Assembly (NCBI GenBank): GCA_963806035.1
Contig: CAWDWO010000012.1
Span: forward strand, 1-40,039
Length of the DNA: 40,039 nucleotides
From: Candidatus Krumholzibacteriota bacterium
GTDB lineage: Bacteria; Krumholzibacteriota; Krumholzibacteriia; JAJRXK01
Reading direction: 5' to 3'
Shown here: positions 30,235 to 40,039 of the stretch, piece after piece
How positions within the stretch are numbered: position 1 is the first letter of the stretch
How the letters are laid out: every line of letters begins with the position of its first letter
Program-made: the position numbers and the translations under genes
The notes under the pieces: generated by a model
The model's input: the letters and a program-made list of their open reading frames with translations, nothing else
Databases searched by the model: none
What the model was told of the DNA's origin: nothing

Positions 30235-30549
30235 GCGACTCAGCAGCTTCGTTCCAGCCGTAATCTCGGTTGGAGCGATTACGGTCAAATGGAACGGGAT
30301 GCATGTTTTTCCCTGAAATGTCGTTCCACCACTCTTTCAGGCCGGATCCTTACTCGACGCTGGAGAAGAGCGCTTCATTTCGGAAGAGCTAGTCTCCAAT
30401 CCCGCACCTGAATCCCGCGGTTTCTGACCGCGGAATGTGGGCCCATTGGCCGTGCTTCTCATCGTGGGGTGTCGTGCTCGCATCATGACGCTTTCACTCA
30501 GTTTGAAATCCAGACCGTCGTTGAGAAATCAACGTGGGAGGGACCAAGC
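30235..30549 (+). ncRNA. Candidate long structured 5' leader RNA (family not recognised)
   Basis: At least six successive stem-loops between the promoter and the GGGAGG RBS (details in findings). Confidence 0.4.
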
Positions 30550-33500
30550 ATGAAGAGAATTAGCATTCTCGCGTTGTGCCTATTCCTCGCCGTTTTCGGT
30601 GTAAGCGCAGCTTTCGCCAATAACGGGGGGAACGATGGGCCGCTAAAGTATGCGGCTCAGGATGGCAAACAGATTTCCCAAGTTTTTACCGGTGTCAATG
30701 ATGGCCTGTCCAAGGCCTCCACTGACACTTTCTATCTCTATGGAGGGCCGCCCTCCTTCGCCGATCCCAACGTCCATGCGTCCGTTTCGCCTTGGCCGCA
30801 GGGAATGTTCCAGACCTTCTTGGCGGGTGGATCCCCGCAGACGCAGGGATGGACCTCGGAAGACTTGACCGAGCCGCCGGTTCGCTGGCACGGTTCGACC
30901 ATCAACGCCGAGGCCAGCCTGAATGGTCTGGTCGACAGCCTTTTCACTGGTAATCCTTTGACCAACCAGGCTGTCATCTCTCACCACGAGGCCGCGACTG
31001 CCGTCGACTACACGGGTTATGGCAACCTGTGGAAAGACTGGCTCGTCTTCGACTATGACATGAACCAGGTTGCCGGTTGGAACAACACCTTGGCGGCCAA
31101 CGTTCAGCTCACAGCCGAATACAAGTGCGACCTCGAGTCCTGCTGCGACTTCCTGCAGTTCGAGTGGTACTCGGCCAGCACTGGCTGGAACACCGTTGCT
31201 GCTCTGGACGTTCAGACCTTCGACGGAACGCAGTACAACGCCAGGCTCTTCGACTCGGATGATCCGGCTCAAGACGGCGTTGCGGGCGGTATCGTGTATC
31301 AGCCCGCGGACTATGACTCCGACCACATCCGCCTGCGCATTCAGGTGAACTCCGACAGTGGTTGGTCGGATGAGGACGGTCGTCCTTCCGCGGGTCGCGG
31401 TGGTGCGATGGTCGACAACATCAACGTCTCCGTGAACGGCAACCTCGTCAGCAACGCTGACTGGGAAGGCGCCACGATCGTTGATCAGCCCGAAGGTGAC
31501 ATCAGCGGACTGAACAATGGTGCAGTTCCTGGTAGCGCTGGCTGGACTCCGACGCCTTCCACCTTCAACGGTGACTTCTCGAAGGTCATTGCGGCCTTTG
31601 TCGAAGGCGACATCGACGTTTGCCGTGAGAACAACACTCCGCAGCTGGCGTTCATCAACGACGGTAGCGGTGCGAATAACTCCCCGACCCCGGTTCCGGC
31701 TTCGGTCGGAAGCACCACCTATGGTATTCCCTCGGGTCCCGGCGCGGGAACCGTGTTCGAGTATCAGGGCGGACTTCTGCCTGCCGGTGACGGCGGTGTC
31801 TACAACAAGTGGATTTCGCCCGTCATCGATGTGGCCCAGGGTCAGCCGGCCACGAATGGTGGGTTCTGGATGGGTTACACGATCTGGTCGGATCTGCCCC
31901 TCTTCCCGAACCTGATTTTCTGGCGCTGGAGTGTCCGCAGCCACGACCCCGTGTCTGGCGGTTGGAGCCCCTGGCAGGACTGCCCGTACCATTATTATGG
32001 TCCGTCCAGCTCCTGGGGTAACGGTGTTCTCAGCATCACCGACAAGATCGTTGCGAACGCAGACTCCGTGCAGGTGTCCTTCATGGGTCGCGACGCTGCG
32101 GTTGCCTTTACCGGCGGCCCCAGCACGGACGCCACACCGGCTCCTGAGTTCGACAACGTCTGGGTGAAGAGGTTCGAGATTGGTGGACCGGCCATCACCG
32201 TTCCCGCCAACAGCCTCTTCAACGACGGCTTCCCGTCGAATGGTACGACCACTTCGGCTGTGCGCTTCGATCCGGGTGCCAACATTGGTGGTACTGGTTC
32301 CACCACGGTCAACTATGTCCCGCAGGACTCCTTGGCTGTCAATGTGGTGTGCATCATCCCGGGGAGCAGCTTGCCTGACTTCGGTAAGATGTATGTCGCT
32401 CACCTGCAGAACCCGGTGTACGACCAGACGGATCGTGCGGCCGGTGCTGCCGACGTGAACAACTACGCGATGGCTGGCACCTCCACCGATGCGGCTCACA
32501 ACGGTTGGCCGATCTACACCTACGACGTTGATGGCCAGCAGTGCACGCTCAACGGCTCCGTGGTTCCTGATCAGTACTTCTTCGATCTGCCGGACGGTCT
32601 GGGCTATGGCCTGTACCAGCACGCGGACGAAGATTCGCTGATCTTCCCCGGTGACGTTGTGCACTACTACCTGGAGTTCCAGGATGATCAGCCGACTCCT
32701 GGCGTAAGCCGGACAGTTGCTGACATCAGCGACTTCTTGGACTTCAGCTTGACCACCACCTACAACCGTCAGTGGACCATGCGTGCTCTGCCGACGGTCG
32801 ACGGCAGCGGCGGACAGCCGGGCCTGCTGTGGTGGAACGACGTCGACTCTCGTGGCAACGACAATGAGATCCTGCTCGGCTTCGCGCAGAACGGACTCTT
32901 GGAAGGCCGCGACTATGACACGTATGTGACGAAGGGTGCGTCCTCCGGGATGGGTAACGGTCTCGGTTCCGCCGGCGAGCACGGCGCGACTGCGGGCCAG
33001 CTGTCCGGTTACGATTGCCTCTTCTACACCATGCAAAACCTCACCGAGCCGGCTCTGAGCAACGGCAACAAGGGGGTCAACGGTAATGACTGGAGCGATG
33101 ACGTCACTCTGCTGACGACCTGGCACAACCAGTCCGCTGATCGTTTCTCCGCGTACTTCGGTGAGAACTTCGCACAGGCCATGGACAACCAGTTGAACGG
33201 CGCATTCCTGTCGAACGTGCTGGGTGTGCAGTTCAACAACGGTGACCTGAACAACGGCCACAACCTGGATGACCAGGTGGCCGCGCTTGTGAAGCCGACC
33301 GGAAACGGTAACTCCGCTGGATTCTTCGTGACCAACTACAGCCCCTATGGCGGCTGTCTCGCGATCAATGACTGGGATGACATTTCTCCCGTCGGCGGCG
33401 CGGTCGTGGCTCACGAGTTCACGGACCCGACCGGTAACTTCTACACACCGACTTCCCGCAACGCGAGCATCTACTGGGATCGCGACCAAGGTGGCTTCCG

Positions 33501-33942
33501 CAAGGTTGACATCACCTTCCCGTACGATCCTCTGTACATTCGTGACCAGTTCACGAATCCCGAATCGACGGGTCCGAACACTGCTCGGGCTTATCTGTTC
33601 GGTGAGATTCTCGGTGCTTTCGGTAAGCCGACTGGAACGGCGACTGGCGCTGGCGTGCTTCCCAAGAAGCTCGTCGTGAGCCAGAACTACCCGAACCCGT
33701 TCAACCCCAGCACGACCATCAAGTACTCGATGCCGCTCCGTGGACAGGTCAGCATCAATGTGTACAACTTGCGTGGTGCTTTGGTTACGACTCTGGTCGA
33801 TGGCGTCCAGGATGCCGGCGATCACAGCGTGATCTGGAACGGTAAGGACACCCGCGGCGCGTCCGTGTCCACCGGTATTTACCTGTACAAGGTGAAGACC
33901 CAGGATTCGGAGGTCGTGAAGAAGATGGCTCTGATCAAGTAA
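30550..33942 (+). CDS. Large secreted protein (1130 aa) with C-terminal FlgD/T9SS-type-A-like domain; function unknown
   Basis: GGGAGG RBS and signal peptide MKRISILALCLFLAVFGVSAAFA. G/D/N/T/S-rich, beta-type composition. C-terminus NYPNPFNPSTTIKY...WNGKD...STGIYLYKV...KKMALIK. Confidence 0.92.
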   Translation: MKRISILALCLFLAVFGVSAAFANNGGNDGPLKYAAQDGKQISQVFTGVNDGLSKASTDTFYLYGGPPSFADPNVHASVSPWPQGMFQTFLAGGSPQTQGWTSEDLTEPPVRWHGSTINAEASLNGLVDSLFTGNPLTNQAVISHHEAATAVDYTGYGNLWKDWLVFDYDMNQVAGWNNTLAANVQLTAEYKCDLESCCDFLQFEWYSASTGWNTVAALDVQTFDGTQYNARLFDSDDPAQDGVAGGIVYQPADYDSDHIRLRIQVNSDSGWSDEDGRPSAGRGGAMVDNINVSVNGNLVSNADWEGATIVDQPEGDISGLNNGAVPGSAGWTPTPSTFNGDFSKVIAAFVEGDIDVCRENNTPQLAFINDGSGANNSPTPVPASVGSTTYGIPSGPGAGTVFEYQGGLLPAGDGGVYNKWISPVIDVAQGQPATNGGFWMGYTIWSDLPLFPNLIFWRWSVRSHDPVSGGWSPWQDCPYHYYGPSSSWGNGVLSITDKIVANADSVQVSFMGRDAAVAFTGGPSTDATPAPEFDNVWVKRFEIGGPAITVPANSLFNDGFPSNGTTTSAVRFDPGANIGGTGSTTVNYVPQDSLAVNVVCIIPGSSLPDFGKMYVAHLQNPVYDQTDRAAGAADVNNYAMAGTSTDAAHNGWPIYTYDVDGQQCTLNGSVVPDQYFFDLPDGLGYGLYQHADEDSLIFPGDVVHYYLEFQDDQPTPGVSRTVADISDFLDFSLTTTYNRQWTMRALPTVDGSGGQPGLLWWNDVDSRGNDNEILLGFAQNGLLEGRDYDTYVTKGASSGMGNGLGSAGEHGATAGQLSGYDCLFYTMQNLTEPALSNGNKGVNGNDWSDDVTLLTTWHNQSADRFSAYFGENFAQAMDNQLNGAFLSNVLGVQFNNGDLNNGHNLDDQVAALVKPTGNGNSAGFFVTNYSPYGGCLAINDWDDISPVGGAVVAHEFTDPTGNFYTPTSRNASIYWDRDQGGFRKVDITFPYDPLYIRDQFTNPESTGPNTARAYLFGEILGAFGKPTGTATGAGVLPKKLVVSQNYPNPFNPSTTIKYSMPLRGQVSINVYNLRGALVTTLVDGVQDAGDHSVIWNGKDTRGASVSTGIYLYKVKTQDSEVVKKMALIK

Positions 33943-33962
33943 TCAGATCCACTTCCGTTTGG

Positions 33963-33999
33963 AGGCCGGTCGGGCATTGCCCGGCCGGCCTTTTCTTTT
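33963..33999 (+). terminator. Strong intrinsic terminator
   Basis: AGGCCGGTCGGGC / GCCCGGCCGGCCT stem followed by TTTCTTTT. Confidence 0.88.
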
Positions 34000-34060
34000 G
34001 TCCCCACGAGGTGCACACTGTCCAGGCAAACTTCTCACAACCCGGATGGAGTCACGCCAG

Positions 34061-35506
34061 ATGGACAAGGACGAGTACCTGGGAGATTTTTCCCCCGAAG
34101 AACTCACCCGGTATCTTCAAGCCACCGCGGAGTGGATCGGGGACTATTTCGCCAAGATCGAAGAGCAGGAGGTCTTTCCCCAGATCGAGCCCGGCGATTT
34201 CACCCGACAGCTTCCCTCCAAACCTCCCACCAAGGGAGAGGACATGGAGGAGATCCTCGCGGACTTCGCACGCCTGATTCCGCCCGCCACCACGCACTGG
34301 AATCATCCGAATTTCCACGCCTGGTTCGCCAACACCGGGAGCGCTCCGGGAATCGTGGCGGAAACTCTCTCCGCCGCGCTCAACAACAATGCAATGGTGT
34401 GGAGGAGTGGCCCGGCCTCGACCGAAATGGAGCTCGTGGTATGCGATTGGCTGCGCCAGATGCTGGGTCTACCGGACGGTCTCTTCGGCATGATCCACGA
34501 CACCGCGAGCGTGGCGGTCGTCGCGACTCTTGCCGCCGCGCGCCATCGCGCCACGCGAGGTGAGGTCCGCGAAAAGGGATTGCGCGGTCTTCCGCAACTT
34601 CGGGTTTACGCGAGCGAGGAAGCGCACTCCTCGGTGGAGCGGGCCGCCATCGTCTTGGGACTGGGCAGTAAGAACGTGGTGAAGATCGCGGCCGACCGCG
34701 AGTTCCGCATGATCCCCGGGGCCCTGGAAGAAGCCATCGCCCAGGACAGGAAAGCGGGCTTCGTGCCCATGGCGGTGGTCGCCACCGTGGGCACCACGGG
34801 AACGACCAGTATCGATCCCGTCGCCCAGATCGCCCCCTTGTGCAAAGAAGGCGAAGTGTGGCTGCACGTCGACGCGGCTTACGGCGGCGCGATGGCCACG
34901 ATCCCGCAGTACCGTTGGGTACTCGACGGCTGCGAGCACGCCGATTCCCTGGTGGTGAACCCGCACAAGTGGCTCTTTGTCCCCATGGATTGCAGCGTTC
35001 TCTTTTGCAAGAACGCCGAGGATCTCCGAAGGACATTCTCGCTGGTTCCATCTTACCTGGAGACGCCGGAGGACAAGATCGCCAGAAACCTCACCGACTA
35101 CGGCCCCGCCATGGGCCGCCGCTTCCGCGCTCTGAAGTTGTGGATGGTGATGCGGGCCTACGGGAGCGAGGGCATCGCCGCTCGCGTGAACTATCACCTC
35201 CAACTCGCGCGGGAACTGCAGGATTGGATCGCAAGGGCCGAGAACTGGGAGCAGCTCGCTCCGGCGCCCATGAGTACCGTGCTCTTCCGCCACCATCCCC
35301 GAGGGTTGAGCGACGAAGAGGCGCTCGAGAGGCACAACCGGTCCGTCCTGGAGGAGATCAATCGCTCGGGACAGGCCTTTCTCTCGCACACGATCGTGAG
35401 GGGATCCTTCGCGCTGCGGCTGGCCATCGGAAACCTGCGCACTCAACGAAGCCATCTTCTGGCGACCTGGCGGCTCATCCAAGAGGTGGCAAGCCGTACT
35501 CCGTGA
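34061..35506 (+). CDS. PLP-dependent group II decarboxylase, aromatic-L-amino-acid decarboxylase-like
   Basis: THWNHPNFHAWF, SGPASTEME, SEEAHSSVE, ATVGTTGTTSIDP, WLHVDAAYGG, NPHKW (PLP lysine) and GRRFRALKLW. Confidence 0.93.
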   Translation: MDKDEYLGDFSPEELTRYLQATAEWIGDYFAKIEEQEVFPQIEPGDFTRQLPSKPPTKGEDMEEILADFARLIPPATTHWNHPNFHAWFANTGSAPGIVAETLSAALNNNAMVWRSGPASTEMELVVCDWLRQMLGLPDGLFGMIHDTASVAVVATLAAARHRATRGEVREKGLRGLPQLRVYASEEAHSSVERAAIVLGLGSKNVVKIAADREFRMIPGALEEAIAQDRKAGFVPMAVVATVGTTGTTSIDPVAQIAPLCKEGEVWLHVDAAYGGAMATIPQYRWVLDGCEHADSLVVNPHKWLFVPMDCSVLFCKNAEDLRRTFSLVPSYLETPEDKIARNLTDYGPAMGRRFRALKLWMVMRAYGSEGIAARVNYHLQLARELQDWIARAENWEQLAPAPMSTVLFRHHPRGLSDEEALERHNRSVLEEINRSGQAFLSHTIVRGSFALRLAIGNLRTQRSHLLATWRLIQEVASRTP

Positions 35507-35610
35507 GGGCGGCGGCGTTGCGCGGCCTTCGAGCTTTTGGATCCCTCGAGAGAGTGATACCCTCGGGATTCGCAGCCCGTCACCACCGACTGGAAAGGAA
35601 TGCGAGAGTC

Positions 35611-37698
35611 ATGCGTCAGTCTTCTCTTCGGACCGCATTGTGGATGGCATTGTCCCTCTTGATCATCTCGGCCATGCCGAGTCTCGCCGAACCCCTCAGC
35701 CCCGAACAGGTTGCCAATACGAAGTTGGTGGGCGAGGTCGAGGTTTCGCCGAGCGGCATTGATGTGGCCTACACACTCACCGTTCCGCGAATTCCTTTCG
35801 CAGATGACGACGGCCCGGCCTGGGTCGAGCTGCACGTACTCGACACACGCGACGGAAGCACGCGCCCCTACGTGGCAGGTCATGTGAGGGTCTCTGAGCC
35901 ACAGTGGATTCTGGGACGGCGTGAGATCGCCTTTCTTGCCAAGCGCGAGGGCGACGAGACGACCAGCCTCTATGTCATTCCGCTAGATGGCGGCGAGGCT
36001 CAGCGTGTCCTCACGCACGAAACCAACATCCAATCCTACGCTTTCAACGGGGACGCATCGCGCGTGGCCTTCTTGGCCGAGGACCCGAAACCCAAACGAC
36101 AAGAGGAACTGAAGAAGAAGGGAATCGCTCCGGAGATCTACGAGGAAGATCTGCGTTACACGCACGTCTACGTGGCCCCCTACGATCCCGCGACCCGAAC
36201 GGCAGGAGAAGCCAAGGAGTTGCCCGTGCAAGGGGACCTCTCGCTTCTGCGCTACAGTCCGGTGGACGAGCGGCTAGTCGTGGCCATCGCGCCCACCCCT
36301 TTGATCGACGATCACTACATGAAGCGGCGCATTCGTATCGTGGACGCAAATACCGGCGAGATTCTGCAAAAGATCGAGAACCCGGGAAAGGTCGGCGAGG
36401 TAAAGTGGAGTCCGGACGGGACGCATCTGGCCATGATTCTCGCCAGTGATCTGCACGATCCCGCGCCGGGACGCTTGATGCTCGCCGACGCGAGCAGCGG
36501 GGAGTACAGCGATCTCCTTCCCGGACTGTTCGATACGGGCCAAGTCAATTCGATCGCCTGGAAGAGCACGCACGAAATCCTCTACCTGGCCTCCAAAGGC
36601 GTGTGGACGCAGCTGGGGGAGGTCGGCCTGGACGGAAAGTTTAGAATTCTCGTCGATACCGGAGGGCCGATTCTGCACGGGGTGAAGGCTTCGAGCGATG
36701 GGAAGACCGTGGCCTTCACGGGGGATTCTCCCACCTTCCCGCGCGAGCTCTTCCTCATGGATCGCGGACACCGAAAGCCGACCCGGATGACCGAGTCGAA
36801 CCCCTGGCTCGACGCAGTCGATCTGGCGCGACAAGAGGTGGTGCACTACGCCGCACGCGACAGCCAGGAAATAGAGGGCGTGCTCGTACATCCGCTGCAC
36901 GAAAAGGCGGGACAGCGATATCCGCTGGTACTTTACGTCCACGGGGGTCCCGAATCGCATCATTCGAACGGCTGGGTGACTCGCTACGTGAATCCGGGCC
37001 AGGTGCTGGCCGGACGCGACATGGCGGTGCTCATGCTCAATTACCGGGGCAGCACCGGATACGGGGTGCCCTTCTCCAAGGCTGATCACGGAGATTTTGC
37101 CGGAGCGGAGTTCAACGACCTGGTCGACGGAGTCGATCACTTCGTCGCGGCCGGATTGGTCGACGAGGACAGGGTGGGAGTGACCGGAGGTTCCTACGGC
37201 GGTTACGCCACCGCGTGGCTGTGCACCCGCTATACGGACCACTTCGCGGCCGGTGTGATGTTCGCGGGGATCAGTGACAACATTTCCAAGTTCGGCACCA
37301 GTGACATTCCCGAGGAGATGTACCTGGTGCACCAGCGCAAGCGCACCTTCGACGACTGGGATTTCTTCCTGGAACGCAGTCCCATCTACTATGCGGGACA
37401 GGCCAAGACCCCGCTTCTGATCGTGCACGGCAAGGACGATCCGCGCGTGAACGTGGGGCAGGCCCGTGAGCTGTACCGCCACATCAAGACGCGCACCAAG
37501 ACTCCGGTGCGTCTGGTTCTGTATCCCGGCGAGGGGCACGGCAACAGAAAGTGCGCCGCGCGCTACGACTACAACCTGAGGATGCTGCGCTGGCTCACGA
37601 GCTATCTGGGCAAGGGCGCGCACTCCGAGCCGCCCACGCAAGTGGAGTACCCGCTCGAGCCGCAGCCCGCAGCGGAGATGCAGGGCGCGCAGCAGTAG
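35611..37698 (+). CDS. Secreted S9 family peptidase (prolyl oligopeptidase/acylaminoacyl peptidase type)
   Basis: Signal peptide MRQSSLRTALWMALSLLIISAMPSLA, beta-propeller repeats, VHGGPE, NYRGSTGYG, GGSYGG (Ser), HGKDDPRV (Asp) and YPGEGHG (His). Confidence 0.95.
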   Translation: MRQSSLRTALWMALSLLIISAMPSLAEPLSPEQVANTKLVGEVEVSPSGIDVAYTLTVPRIPFADDDGPAWVELHVLDTRDGSTRPYVAGHVRVSEPQWILGRREIAFLAKREGDETTSLYVIPLDGGEAQRVLTHETNIQSYAFNGDASRVAFLAEDPKPKRQEELKKKGIAPEIYEEDLRYTHVYVAPYDPATRTAGEAKELPVQGDLSLLRYSPVDERLVVAIAPTPLIDDHYMKRRIRIVDANTGEILQKIENPGKVGEVKWSPDGTHLAMILASDLHDPAPGRLMLADASSGEYSDLLPGLFDTGQVNSIAWKSTHEILYLASKGVWTQLGEVGLDGKFRILVDTGGPILHGVKASSDGKTVAFTGDSPTFPRELFLMDRGHRKPTRMTESNPWLDAVDLARQEVVHYAARDSQEIEGVLVHPLHEKAGQRYPLVLYVHGGPESHHSNGWVTRYVNPGQVLAGRDMAVLMLNYRGSTGYGVPFSKADHGDFAGAEFNDLVDGVDHFVAAGLVDEDRVGVTGGSYGGYATAWLCTRYTDHFAAGVMFAGISDNISKFGTSDIPEEMYLVHQRKRTFDDWDFFLERSPIYYAGQAKTPLLIVHGKDDPRVNVGQARELYRHIKTRTKTPVRLVLYPGEGHGNRKCAARYDYNLRMLRWLTSYLGKGAHSEPPTQVEYPLEPQPAAEMQGAQQ

Positions 37699-37725
37699 GT
37701 CTGAAGCACGCGGAAGCGTGAAATC

Positions 37726-37764
37726 TTGAACCCGGGCAGGGATCGTCTTACTCTGCTCGGGTTC
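37726..37764 (+). promoter_or_regulatory. Sigma70-like promoter embedded in an inverted repeat (or a terminator-like hairpin)
   Basis: TTGAAC-N17-TACTCT (37726-37754). Arms GAACCCGGGCAG (37728-37739) and CTGCTCGGGTTC (37753-37764) match at 11 of 12 positions. Confidence 0.4.
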
Positions 37765-37815
37765 TCCGTGAACGTTCGATGATCTCCTTTCCTCCAACCA
37801 CTCTGGGAGCTGAAG

Positions 37816-39891
<2,076 letters not shown>

Positions 39892-39945
39892 TTTGCAAGA
39901 GCCCTCCTTCGCAGGAGCGGAGGGGCGCTTCTGTGCCCTGAGATA

Positions 39946-40027
39946 GAAGAGGCCCATCATCGGAGCCGAGGCTAAGCCGCGCCAAAGCGCGCGGAACCGC
40001 CTCTACACTCCGATGATGGGCCTCTTC
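39946..40027. repeat. Perfect 20-bp inverted repeat enclosing a partly paired 42-nt core
   Basis: GAAGAGGCCCATCATCGGAG (39946-39965) is the exact reverse complement of CTCCGATGATGGGCCTCTTC (40008-40027). Confidence 0.9.
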
Positions 40028-40039
40028 CTACCCTTTCCG

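Noticed and set aside
30643..33825. 1060-aa antisense ORF opposite the giant secreted protein
   Set aside because: Shadow frame produced by the strong codon bias of the sense gene; V/R/G-rich with no motifs.
34840..35610. 257-aa N-terminal extension of the first S9 ORF in the ORF track
   Set aside because: It overlaps the decarboxylase in another frame. The credible start is ATG 35611, with an RBS-like AAAGGAA and a signal peptide.

Overview
GC-rich bacterial chromosomal window with about 22 protein-coding genes. I found no rRNA, tRNA, CRISPR array or recognisable mobile element. Two secreted proteins end in FlgD/T9SS-type-A-like domains, which tentatively suggests an FCB-related candidate phylum (Krumholzibacteriota/Latescibacterota/Eisenbacteria-like; inference only). 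In order: a xanthine-dehydrogenase-family operon (minus strand, truncated at the left edge); a secreted M1 aminopeptidase; a CBS protein; mqnC; a small membrane gene the ORF track recovers only in part; a secreted tripeptidyl-peptidase-II-like S8 protease; a membrane protein with an acidic tail; an eight-gene minus-strand run (apparently inactive alpha/beta hydrolase, stand-alone 3'-5' exonuclease, orphan squalene/phytoene synthase, RlmD-like methyltransferase, membrane protein, then archaeal-type topoisomerase VI as top6B-elbB-top6A); a thioester alpha-2-macroglobulin; a HAD-ECH fusion; an 1130-aa secreted protein behind a long structured leader; a PLP decarboxylase; and two S9 peptidases. 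Several blocks (about 1-770, 4300-9850, 26170-30060, 37850-39800) are full of indels that look like low-coverage long-read errors, not pseudogenes. The strongest candidates for something new are the DJ-1-family glyoxalase gene embedded between the Topo VI subunits, the structured leader plus the giant surface protein, the secreted TPP II-like protease and the secreted pseudo-hydrolase.
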